Origin: Camelus dromedarius
Taxonomy: Eukaryota
NCBI RefSeq assembly: GCF_036321535.1
Contig: NC_087436.1
Coordinates: 56,608,001-56,672,000, forward strand
Reading direction: 5' to 3'
DNA length: 64,000 bases
A program made the position numbers and the translations under genes. Shown piece after piece: positions 52,461 through 64,000 of this stretch (its first letter is position 1; each line of letters starts with the position of its first letter). Below the pieces are notes generated by a model. The model worked only from the letters and a program-made list of their open reading frames with translations. It was not told the DNA's origin and made no database searches.

Positions 52461-54899
52461 ATAGACAACGGGTATACAGTCAAAGGGAATGACTGAGCCA
52501 ACTAATTAATTTTGTACCAACTCTCAGTTATGATGGAGAAGAAACTTAACTTTGGGCCTGACACCCAGAAACTCACTGTCAACACTGACTGAATTCACTG
52601 AACACAGTTAAAATGCCTTGACTCAGCCTGAACTTAAGTTGTACCTATACTCCCTTAAGATCAATATGACACAGTAAGGAGAATATCCCATTTAGATACT
52701 AAGAGGCTGGTTTTCCTGAATAAAGCTAAAGTGAACTACACATAGAAGTCCCCTCAGAAAATACATTGCTTGGAAAAATATTTGTTGACTTGCACTGGAT
52801 TCCATTATGTACAGTTATTGCTATATCCAGGCAGTGAAAGTATCAGATGAATGTATTGTAAAGGAATTGAGAGTCTTAATTGTATGAATCAATCTTCTCC
52901 TGTTATACTATTATTGGCTACCAATTTTCCAGATCTATATTTATTCATTCATTCATTTTCTTCATTTACTCTATATATAACTTTTCAGCTGCTAGTATAC
53001 ATTAAGATATGGAAATTTTAACAAACAATAAAAGGACAAAATTTAACAGATTTACTCATTCTCAGGGCATTCTTGTTAAAAGCCAGGGTTTTGCCTGAAT
53101 CACCATCTATATCCACACTACTTTCCCAGTTTCCACACTCCTCTCCACAGTAATTCTCCTACCCCTGCTACAGCGATGTAAATATTCTGTGACTTTTCTA
53201 TTCAAAACCCATTTCAACTGCTGGGAACAATAATACAAGTATGATTTATAACTGCATTATACATTCATTCCACTGTGGCTCATGAATACAAATTATTCCG
53301 ACTGGGGCACAAAAGCCTTCTGCAATAAAGTTGCAGCTTTCATTTATCATTAATCACAAAATATGCTTGGTTAAAATAAATTAAAAGTTGAAGGTGTTTC
53401 TCCACATATTTCTAAGTTTTATAAATACGCTTCCCTTCAGTGAATTAAAAACATACAACCAGGAATTTAACATCTATAAAGTGCATCTGGTTTAAGATCT
53501 TAATAAGGAATCAAATTCCTTAGATTTCAATGAAATGTGTTATCAAAAAATAAATTTACCTAAACTGTTAAATCATTACTCAGCTTACTGAAAGTAAAAT
53601 TGTATTTTAGTGCTCACTATAGAAACTTAAAATTGTTATTTAACTTCTCTAAGCCTTATTTCTCTGCTTTGATATATGGGAGATAGAGACATGGCTTAGT
53701 TTAAGACACAGAATTAAAGACACAAAGAATTTTGGAGCTGGAAGAAACTATCCCTTTAACAGGCACAGTATATTTTTTCTTTACTTTGTGGATCCCAGAA
53801 GAACTCTAAAATAAGGACTATTAGCTGGTACATTACTTCAGACAAGTGTACATCCTGCCTATTTCTGTCTATACTGAATTCCAGAATTATGTAAACATAA
53901 GTAGTATTAGCATTATACTCTTTATCTGAAGAAAGCTGATGCAGAAGAGGTCCCAAGTGAATTTGTTTGCTTGCAGCCAAATGAAACAGAATTTCAGCAT
54001 TTCTCATTTAATCGGAAGGGAAAACTCAGTGGCTCTAACAAAAGGCTCACTGCTAGGCATACGTATTACAAAGTAGTTTCTACATCACATAAACTACTTT
54101 ATGTAAAAGTTCCCAAAGAAAATAACTTCTATCTGGAGTTCAGTTTAAAGTAAATACTAGGTGAACAGGTTTAAAATATAGATTTACTTCAAAAAATACC
54201 TTCACCAGAGGTTCAGTAATGGTCCTTGGCAAAGAAACATTAACAAAGCAAGTTGTCTGAACGGCCATTCAAATCTCTTTCTCTTTGGTTTTAGGCTCTA
54301 ACTGGCATGGCCATGACCCTGACCTGTATTTAGATCAGCCACAGCTAAAAGCTTCTCCCCACTTAGGAATTAAACAATTTTCTTAAGCCTCATGGTCAAA
54401 ACTTAAGAGATACCTCTTTTTATGCAAGACTTTTCAGAACCTTTAATAAACTAATATTTGCTGTGACCTTCTAAGAGGCAGATACCCACTTTGGCCATAC
54501 ATCCCTTTTGGAAGGAATCATTTTAAGCATGCTATTAACTAATCCTACAGAACAGAGCCTGGAAAATTTGGTTCAAAGAACCTGGGTCAGTTTTCTGAGT
54601 CATTTTTTACCACTTGTAACAAATGCACTATGAAATGTTAAATTTTTTTTTTCTTACCTTTGCACTTCTTGAGCACACGACCTTTTCCCAAATCTGTCCC
54701 AAGCTTAGCTTACAGAGATTAAGATTTATCATAAAAGAACTGCGAATGCAAAGACCAAGACAGAAGAAATTTTCAACTTCTAACATTCAGAAAATAAGAT
54801 TTTGCAGCAAGAGCCTTATAAATCAAGTTATTATCTTGACCAAAGATTATCCTTCCTTTGCCATCTTTGCTGAGCCAAACTATAGATTCCTACAAAACA

Positions 54900-55810
54900 A
54901 AGACCTGAGAGGAAGAGGAAGGAAGAATCCTGCCTGTTTTTCACATTGGAAGAATTAGAAAAGAATTGAGGAGAGGCAGGAAACTGAGATGAGTAGATTT
55001 GTCAATTCTTTACTTCTCATGGTCCCACTCTGCTCATAAGCTCCTTTCTCCAGTTGCGTGTCTTAAAGATACTCCTAAGGACCTGGGAGGGAACCATATC
55101 AGAGCAAACCAGTTTCCTGGAGGCAGAGAAGTCACTGAGGTGAAGCTTTCCTGAACCATGCTGGATTACTGTGTAGGGGTAGACCAGATGCAGATCTAGC
55201 TAAGACTCTGACCAAGAAGCTTCTCAGACAGAGATCACTGCCACAACTTGAGGTGGCTCTGGAACAAGGATGCAGGATGGACTGCTCAGGACATGACCCA
55301 GGGGTATCATAGTCCAGACCTCCACGGGCTCCACGATCCAGCAAAAGCCAAGGAGTCTGGAGTCAGCCAGGGTGTACCCAGAGAGAGAAATTCAAAGAAT
55401 GGCCTGTGAGTTCATCAGCCACAAGCATGAGCACCACGGGTTGAGGAGGCATTCAGCAAGCAGGGTAACAAGAGCCACTGCCCCACAGACAAGGGCAGTG
55501 GACAGCAGGCACCAGGTAACTCTGCCCCACCCACTACCCCGTCCACCTCGCTATCTGGGGGAAGTGCTAGGAAGAAGGGTGAGATGCCTGACAGAGTAGC
55601 AAAGCGTCCTAGAGAGAAGTGTCATTACTCAAGGAGATTAAGCTATAAACTCAACTACTCTTCCTTCAGACTGGCTGTAATAGTTATGTTTTGCCTTTTA
55701 AGCAATGAGTAAATGAGTCTTACCAGAAAGACAAGATTAATTATACACAAACTACATATTTCTCTGCACATCTGAGTGGTAACAGGTAGATTTTATTAAC
55801 CCGGGAGACA
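54900..55810 (+). mobile_element. Ancient Gypsy-like LTR (MamGypLTR/LTR85-type), tentative
   Basis: The 3' end actacatatttctctgcacatctgagtggtaacagg...ttaacccgggagaca resembles mammalian Gypsy LTR termini; GC-richer purine-rich body. Confidence 0.45.
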
Positions 55811-56799
55811 ATTTTCTCTAATCCTTTCAGAACTCCCACTATCACCCTCAACATGGCATCAGTTCCAGGTCTCTGCTACTATTCTCTGGGTAGCACTTGC
55901 AAGTAAGTCCCACCATCCCTCAAAGTTCAGCTCAAATCCCACATTTGTCACAAAGCCTTCTTTTACCTCATTCATCTCTTTTCTCACTGACCATCCTGGC
56001 CAAAGATAATTTTAGCGTAGATAACTGAACTCCTTGGGATGACAAAGATGCCTTTAAAAAAAAAAACAGAAAAGAAAAAACAAAACACTGAGGAGTTGCC
56101 CTGAGTGGCAGTTTATCTAGCTCCAGAGCCCCCCAGGCCTCTCACCAACCAGACTTGCCCCCAAGAGGAACAGTTCTTCTGTCACAGACCTAGGCCAGAC
56201 CAATCTCAACACACATGCTTGAGATTCAGCCAGAGCCACTGACCTGGGAAAAGTAGGAAGTTGAACATCCAATAAATGTGATGTCTGTACAGCCGCCTGT
56301 CTCTCCCCGCAATTACGGCAGGCAACCACAGTACCTGGAACCAAATACAAACCATTCCTTGCCTCCAAAGTGCTCCTCCCAGCTAAAAATAAAATCGCTT
56401 TTAAACAATCAATTTGCTATATGCCAACCAATTTGGTATATATTCATTTGTAAAATATGAAATGAAATAATAGAATCCTATAACCAGAATACAGAAATTT
56501 TTAGACTTGCATAGTATAAAGTGATGCACACAGTGAAAAGAAAAAATGCATTCTTGACAATCTGAGTGTTATAATTAACTCTTCTTTACCTCAGCATATT
56601 ACTGATCTCTTGTTTAATCATAAGGTTAATTTTATCTATTGCTCTGCAAAATCCAGCAGGAAAAAAAATAATGGGAAAAGTTTCCAAAGTCTATTTTTGT
56701 ATTATTTTTTCCTCTCATATTTTACATGCAAAAACTTCTTAAAATAAAGTAGTTAAAAATTATCTTTCAGTTTTCCATCATTGATAAGAACAGATACAT

Positions 56800-57010
56800 A
56801 GGCTTAGTTTAAGTCCAAATGTGCATTATTAGCTAAAAGACCTTGGACAAATTATTTAAGTTTTCAGAGTCTCAAGGATTTTCATTACTGTTTGTAAAAT
56901 AAGGATAATAATAATAATACCTAACTCAGGAAGCTCTAACAACTCAAGAAGCTATTATAATGACAAAATGGAATGATGCATTTAAACCACGTAACTAATG
57001 GTAAGTTGTA
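56800..57010 (+). mobile_element. MIR SINE
   Basis: gaccttggacaaattatttaagttttcagagtctcaag...tgtaaaataaggataataataataatacctaactcagg. Confidence 0.75.
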
Positions 57011-57649
57011 AGTCATGGAGCCCTCCAGAAGGTACAGTAGGAAGGCAGAGGAGGGAAGGCTAATAGTGCAGCAAAGGCACCAGGGTGATGATACCTGATT
57101 GTCATAAGATCTATGACACTAGATTGGAAGAAGGAAAGGAGGAAGATAATCCCATGAAGAGGAACTGTGATGTGCAAAGGAGTAAGCAGAGTCCCAGCGA
57201 CCACAGGGATCAGCTATGGAGGCTCTGGATGACATTCGAAGGCAGACAATTTTCAGGTCCATGGCACCTGGGTGAAATCAGGTGGATCGGCTTACCTATC
57301 TTCCTTCCCACCAACATGATCACTCTCTGCTCCAGGTCTAGGTCTCCCTGCCCTAATCCACAGTTAAATACCCAGTTCACCCAATTCTCCTGCAAGCCTC
57401 CTCTGACTAACCCATCTACAGCCATCTCTCCTTTTCCTGACCTGTAAAACGTAGAAACTGCTGAAAAATAATTGCATTTAGTTATATCCTACTTTATGCT
57501 GCTCTTCAAATATTTATTTTACATAAACTTTGTTAAAGCAAACAAGTTATAAGTTCCTGAAGAACAGTGACTATATAAAAAAAAAAGACTAAAAATATCA
57601 AATAATTTTAGATAATTATATTATAATTTTAAAAAGACACAGCTTCTCT

Positions 57650-57785
57650 TGATCCTCAAAACAACCCAACTGGAAGGCAAATGTGATATGACAATTTTCA
57701 TTTTACAGCTGAGGACAGTGAAGTCCAAAGATGGGACAGGACTGGCCTGAGGTCACACAGATAAGGAGCAACAAGCCGACTTCAC
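57650..57785 (-). mobile_element. MIR SINE
   Basis: gatcctcaaaacaaccc...cattttacagctgaggacagtgaagtccaaag...gactggcctgaggtcacacag. Confidence 0.75.
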
Positions 57786-58388
57786 TTCTTCACAGTTGCC
57801 CACGTGTATTCTACAAGAGTGCCAGACCCATATGAAGCGCTTGACAGTCCTTGTCCTATTCACTAAAAGGCCATTTGCTGACCAAAGAAAACAGTAAAAC
57901 AACAAAAAGACCTTAAAATAGTTTTGCTTCCTATCACAGGGAAATATCTAAATAATCCTCACAATAAATTTCTATACTCAGACTGTTTCCTAATCCATGG
58001 GATGGCATAAAATAAATGATCTCCCATACACTCTTCAAGTATAAACTCTGAACTAAAATGAAATCTCACATCTGGATTCAAAGCTGTTCCTGCACAAATG
58101 ATATCTGAATACAAATGCGTAAACCTTGCTAAAAAGATTCCTGATTCAAAACAGCCAAAAAGGCAGTGAAAACGGCCCGAAATTTCTTTCTGTAGACACA
58201 GCACTGAAAGAATGCCTTCTGCGAAAGAGGGTATCAAGGCAAATGACAAGAGAAATTGGGATCATCCTCTAGTTATAGCGAAAAAGAATCACAAATACTA
58301 CACTACTCTGACTGAATTCCACTTAGAAAAAGTGACACCCATTGAATCAAATGCATTCAAAACAAGAGACGAAAAAAATCATGAATTA

Positions 58389-59749
58389 AAAAACGTAACA
58401 GCCACATGTAAATCAATGAAGTCAGAACACTCCCTCACACTTTACACAAAAATACTCAAAATGGCTTAAAGACAAACTTAAGAAAAGACACTATAAACCT
58501 CCTAGAGAAAAACATAGGCAAAACATTTTCTGACATATCTTAGCAACGTTCTCCTATGGCAGTCTACCCAGGCAACAGAAATAAAAGCAAAAATAAACAA
58601 ATGGGACATAATCAAACTTACAAGCTTTTGCACAACAAAGGAAACTATAAACAAAAAGACAATGTATGGAATGGGAGAAAATATTTGCAAATGATGCAAC
58701 TGACATGTGCTTAATTTCCAGAATATACAAACAGTTCATACAACTCAGTAAAAAAAAAAAACAAAAAACAAAAAAAAACCCCAATCCTAAAATGGGCAGA
58801 AAACATAAGCAAGCATTTCTCCAATGAAGACATACAAACAGCCAACAGGCACATGAAAAAATGCTCAATATTGCTAATTATCAAAAAAATGCAAATCAAA
58901 ACTGCAATGAGGTATCAACTCACACCAGTTAGAATGGCCATCATTAAAAAGTCCACAAATGATAAATGCTGAAGAAGGTGTGGAGAAAAGGGAATCTTCC
59001 CACAGTGCTGGTGGCAATGTAGTTTCGTGTAGCCATTTATGAAAAACAGCATGGAGATTCCCTAAAAAACTAAAAATAGGCTTACCATATGATCCAGCAA
59101 TCCCACTCCTGAGCATATATCCAGGGGAACTCTAATTCGAAAAGATATACATGGACTCCAATGTTCACAGCAGCACTACATATAATAGCCAAGACATAGA
59201 AGCAACCTAAATGCCCATCGACAGATGACTGGATGAAGAAGCTGTGGTATATGTACACATACACACAATGGAATACTCAGCCATAAAAAAGAATGAAACA
59301 ATGCCATTTGCAACAACATGGATGGACCTGGAGATTGTCATACTAAGTGAAGTAAGCCAGAAAGAGAAAGAAAAGTACCATATATCATTTATATGTGGAA
59401 TCTTTTAAAAAAAATGACATAAATGAACTTCCTTACAAAACAGAAACAGAATCAAAGACATAGAAAACAAAATTACGGTTACCAGGAGGGAAGGGGGTGG
59501 AGTGAAAAGATAAATTGGGAGTTTGGCATTTGCAGATACTAACTACTATATATAAAACAGATAAACAACAAGGTCCTACTGTATAGCACAGGGACCTATA
59601 TTCAATACCTTATAATGACCTATAGTGAAAAAGAATATGAAAAGGAACACATAAATACATATTATACACACATATAACTGAAACACTATGCTGTACACCA
59701 GAAATTAAACATTATAAACTGACTATATTTCAATAAAATAAAATATTTT
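58389..59749 (+). mobile_element. 5'-truncated L1 (ORF2 C-terminus, 3' UTR and A-rich tail), cetartiodactyl/camelid type
   Basis: acagccacatgtaaatcaatg...ccatatgatccagcaatcccactcctg...gtatagcacagggacctatattcaatacc...gactatatttcaataaaat; candidate TSD aaatcatg at 58376-58383 and 59750-59757. Confidence 0.93.
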
Positions 59750-60418
59750 AAATCATGTAAAAGTGAAATTCTTCTCTCCTTTAAAGTTTAGCTTTCATTT
59801 CTCCTTTGCTTAAAATGTCTGAATTTCCCAATGTCTTCTCTCCCCGGAGATGGAAGGCTAGGCCAGTGTTCCCCTCCAACGTCATCACTATGAACTCTAT
59901 TCATCACAGCATCACAAAGATATGATCTTTCTGCCATCAAGGGAACAAAAGAAAGAACAAGTTCTCACCCAGTATGAATGAGGGGGAGGCAGAACTGAAA
60001 AATTACACTCTAGAAGCATGATGTGAGTGCCAGCCATTGTTTTGTTCTTGTCTGTTTGCCTGCTTCAAACTGGGTTGGAGAGAATGGCTTTGCAGGGGTA
60101 GTCTGAGAAACATGCACTAAAATGCGCCTGGGATGCTCAATGGCATGGTTTACACGAAAACCACAGTGACTCACATAAGCCAAGTATCTTGCTGAGGATG
60201 CTCCCTGCCTTCAATCTTCCTCTCTGGATGCTGCTTTCTGGAAGAGCAACACCAGTGAACAGATTCTCAACACTAAGGTTAATTAACATTAAACACGGAA
60301 GGTAGGAGGGGAAGAGAAACCTTCAGTATTTATTATCCTGAGGACAGTCAACACCTTAGATTATCAGCGCCCTGATGAAACTCTCCACTCTGCAGCTCTG
60401 ACTAACAGGCAGATGTCA

Positions 60419-60644
60419 ACGTCAAGTTACCACTTAGGACTGAGGCAGCTAAACCTGCCAAAGGTCTGTCAGCAAGTAAAAACACATGTGAAGGATGGAC
60501 ACTGCTGCCTGGCTTCAAGAGTATTTGTGTGGGAGGGCTGACGTCATGGGACTTGGGGCCGGGGGTAGTGACGTGGTGCTTTTATGTGCTGGCGTCTGGA
60601 GACTCATAGCGAAGAATGAGGGGTACTCTAGGACACTTGCGTCA
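60419..60644. promoter_or_regulatory. Candidate CRE (CREB/ATF) cluster
   Basis: Full TGACGTCA at 60539-60546 plus TGACG cores at 60419-60424, 60569-60574 and 60638-60644. Confidence 0.4.
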
Positions 60645-60884
60645 GGCTGCTTGTGTCTCCTCTTACACTACAGCATCCTTTGAGAGGGGACACATCTCAC
60701 TGGGAATGCCAACAGCCCCTTCACACCACTCCCAACAGCCAACCCTGTGTCATACCTGAATTGCTTTTTTATTACAGGGAAGCTGGGGTTGAGGTGCTTG
60801 GAATTATCAACTCTTACCAAATAAAGAGGGAATCGAAGCATACAATACACCTATACTTTGGTTAACAGTACTAATAACTCTAGC

Positions 60885-61060
60885 AACAGACTGCCGGGGG
60901 TTAAATATTACTTCCCCTACTCATTAAATTTGACCCAAGTTAAATCACAACTCTCAGTCTTGGTCTCCTCAACTCTTAAATGAGATATGTAAAATAATCA
61001 CAAATGCTATAGGTGATAAATAAGCAATGCCTGGCACATCTTAAACACTAAGTAAATACA
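60885..61060 (+). mobile_element. MIR SINE
   Basis: cagactgccggggttaaat...ctctcagtcttggtctcctcaac...aatgcctggcacatc. Confidence 0.6.
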
Positions 61061-61227
61061 TGATGAAGAAATGATGCAATTTTATGACTAGAGCTATTTC
61101 CCATCATCACTATTATAAATTCATCCACTAACACGGCGAAGAGTCCTCTAACAACATAAATACTGTTCTTTGCTTGGTAGCTGCCGTCAATAGATATTAT
61201 TTGCCAGTCTAACTCTTTAACCCATGT

Positions 61228-61420
61228 GATTATTGGCCAAACATACTTTATAAGAAGAATTACCTAGGGTATCATTAAAAGTATAAACTCATGGGTCCTA
61301 TCCCAAGCTATTCAATTAGAATCTCTTCAGAAATGACCCAGAAATGCATTTTAAAACACACACACACACACCCTCTATCACCCAGGAAAGCCTCATATTA
61401 GACAAATTTGGGAAATACTA
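61228..61420. mobile_element. MER5-family MITE (degraded) containing (CA)n
   Basis: agaattacctaggg...gggtcctatccca...ttagaatctct...atgcattttaaaa...tttgggaaatacta. Confidence 0.5.
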
Positions 61421-64000
61421 CACCATACACCTCAGGTCAACGTGAATTAATTTCACTGTTAATTGCCACAACCAAATCTGGTAACAACTGTTGCCTCAGT
61501 AATTCCCTACACCTTCCGAACTCATATTTAATAAGTTGTATCAATTCTGTACAATATATGCCATTACAACACTTCATCTTACAGGGTAAATACTTCAGAA
61601 GTATATATGTATTCCTGAAAATATTCCCTTAGCACTTTTAAAACAAGTGTCCTGGAAATAGAGAAATAATGGTTCTAAGTAAATCATATTTATTTCTTAC
61701 ACATGTATCTCTTGAACTGAGTACTCCAGAGACTGAAGTATCATACACTTCCATATTACACTCCATATTTAAATAAACAAGTAAACCTTATTAAACCTGA
61801 CCACAAATACAGATTCAATATAAATGAAAAATAAGCAAAACTTACTTTGATTATTTTTTGTTGTTGCCTTCTTACAGCACACGCAATACTTTTGAGAAGC
61901 ACTGGAAAATATCACAAGTATGTAATCAACAGAACCTCAAGGAAGCCCAGTAACGACACATGAGCAACATAAGAGTTGAAAGCACAGAAAAAAACACCCT
62001 CTTCTGGGAAAATTCCTATTATCTTTAAGTCTGTCTGTAATGAGATGAAAGAGAAACCAAGAGATGTGTCTACATAACATCCCTTATTTTCATTCATTTA
62101 GTCCTGATCCTTACTCAACCGAAAACTTCAAAAACATTTTTAAAAACCTCTTCTCAAAGGTTTCAATTACTTCCTATTTGTATGTAATCTGAGAAAGGCT
62201 CAGAATACGGTTATATTCAGAAAGACGCTGGTGCCACAAACATGTCAGAAATCTGCGATTTTCCCCAATACTGTTGAATAGAAGAGAGTCAAACCTACTG
62301 CTGCAGCATGAATTCACCTAACTACTACTAACCACATGGCATGTCTGCAGAACAGGAGACACTGTTGAAAGTTCATGTAAAACTGGCCTGACAATTTATT
62401 GGCCATCCCCAAATATGCAAAGTCATACCATCAGTTTTACAAATGCACTATGAATCGATCAAACATAAAATCCAGACAGCAAAATCTGAGGCTGAACATT
62501 TTACAGTTCTGCTTGTTGTCATCTAACTCCCCAAATGTTTGAGTGTACTCAGAGGTGGCATCGTTTTTCACTTTTTAAAAATGTTAATCCGGACCCAAAT
62601 TATTTTTTAATGTTTCAGTAAGAGGTTGTCTATATAACCTTCCATAGGAAATTAGTTACACCGTATTTTCCCCCTTTTAGTGACTACCTGAATAATGCCA
62701 TTGCTTTCAGACAGTAATTTTCTAAAAGGTAAAAGGAGAACCCATTTAAGTTGCTTTGGATAGTTTTCAGTTAAATTGTATGGAAATATGGTTGTTTAGG
62801 GAACATCATTTTTAAAAGATAGTTTTATTTTACTGGATATGCTTCCATAATCAATTCTGCCTCAAAATTCATATGTAACTATGTAAAAGTTACATTTTTA
62901 CAGTAACATCTCAGTTAACCTAAAGTCATATTTAATGAGAAAATTCAACTCTCCAGCCTAACCAAGACTGAAAAGCAAATTAAACAAAGCCACTGACTAG
63001 TTAACTGAAATGCCAGATGATAAATACAATGAGATTTAGATAATTGACTAATAGTAGAACCACTTGGCTTCAGATTCAAGTCCTTATTTTATCCTATTTT
63101 GGACCAATTCTCATTTTTCAAGTAATCAAAGCAATACAAATAGCTAACGGGGTATGTGCGTGTGATGTGTGTGTTGTGTTAGGAAAAAGCGATGAGAAAA
63201 AAAGGAGGAGGAGAGACGGGGTGCTGGCATGGGCCCACTAGTGACAGAAATACTGTAGCCATCAAATAAATAACAAAAATCAGAGGCCAAAACAGACAGA
63301 ACAATTCAGTCCTGAGAACACTTACAGTAGGGACAAAGAGCCCATTTATATCAGAAGTACTTACGAAAGCAGAGTTTTTTAGAGTGTGTCTATAATAATT
63401 GAGTAATCAGAAAAGATTAAATTATGTTCAATATAACCTATTTTATGAGGCAAGGAAAAAGCACATTATTTTTAGAGTTGCCTATCAATAATAACTAAAT
63501 ATTTTCATGATCAAGGATGTAAAACTTAATCATCTGAAAAACTCTCTTAATTTGAATAATCCACAATTTAAATATGCCAGACAGATAGGGAATTGCTCAA
63601 TTTAGTAATACATCTTTTCAAAATACACTATAAATCCAACAGTGCCAAGTGATGGAAAAGCTACACCACTGATAAAAGGAAGAAAGAATAGTTTGAAAAT
63701 ATCCAGTAAAGATGGGGGTTATGAAATAAAAGAACTATTCATTTCAGAAAACAGCCAGGGCAAGGGCGGGGGTATGGGGGATTGGCAGAGGGTGGGGAGC
63801 CTCTTCTGGCTGATTTTGGTTAGCTCTTCCTAAGGCATTTACTTTGGGATAAACTACATTTAGAATATAAAACCGGTGGCCAACAGGAAAGGAAGACGCA
63901 GAACTAAGTCCATTCTCTTCCCATTTATCTGACTGCATATCATTTCATATTTCAAGTAAATAAAAAAATAGACAACAAGTATTTTTGCAAGTGATTAGAA

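Noticed and set aside
58502..59264. Minus-strand hydrophobic ORFs (also at 23039-23738, 47746-48168 and 50100-50372)
   Set aside because: Typical antisense translations of L1 ORF2 and 3' UTR.

Overview
AT-rich, CpG-depleted eutherian genomic DNA. A Vic-1-type tRNA-derived SINE (14088-14242) points to a camelid (alpaca, llama or camel). I recognise no protein-coding exon, so I name no gene. The window reads as the interior of a long intron of a minus-strand transcription unit. This is an inference: the + strand is A-rich, the clearly identified L1s and the ERVL/MaLR-type LTRs lie on +, and several exon-like cassettes have good splice sites on -. A large share of the window is transposon relics: L1, L2, MIR, ERVL/MaLR and Gypsy-like LTRs, and MER44, MER20B, MER113, MER5, MER53 and MER103-like DNA elements. 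Family names come from my recollection of the consensus sequences, and most boundaries are approximate. The most unusual signals are: (1) an identical CpG-rich 18-mer at 36862 and 39734, each copy capping a different minus-strand hairpin and carrying a 3' splice-site-like CAG; the first copy sits inside the longest ORF of the window (263 codons, no obvious repeat origin); (2) an internal L1 ORF2 fragment with a perfect 13-bp target-site duplication (TSD) but no 3' UTR or tail; (3) a three-layer nested L1 in which a young CpG-rich L1 promoter replaces the host RT domain; (4) a poly(A)-only insertion with an 18-bp TSD; (5) a MER53 hairpin matching miR-1302; (6) a 76-nt exon-like cassette whose ends base-pair; (7) a cluster of CRE sites.
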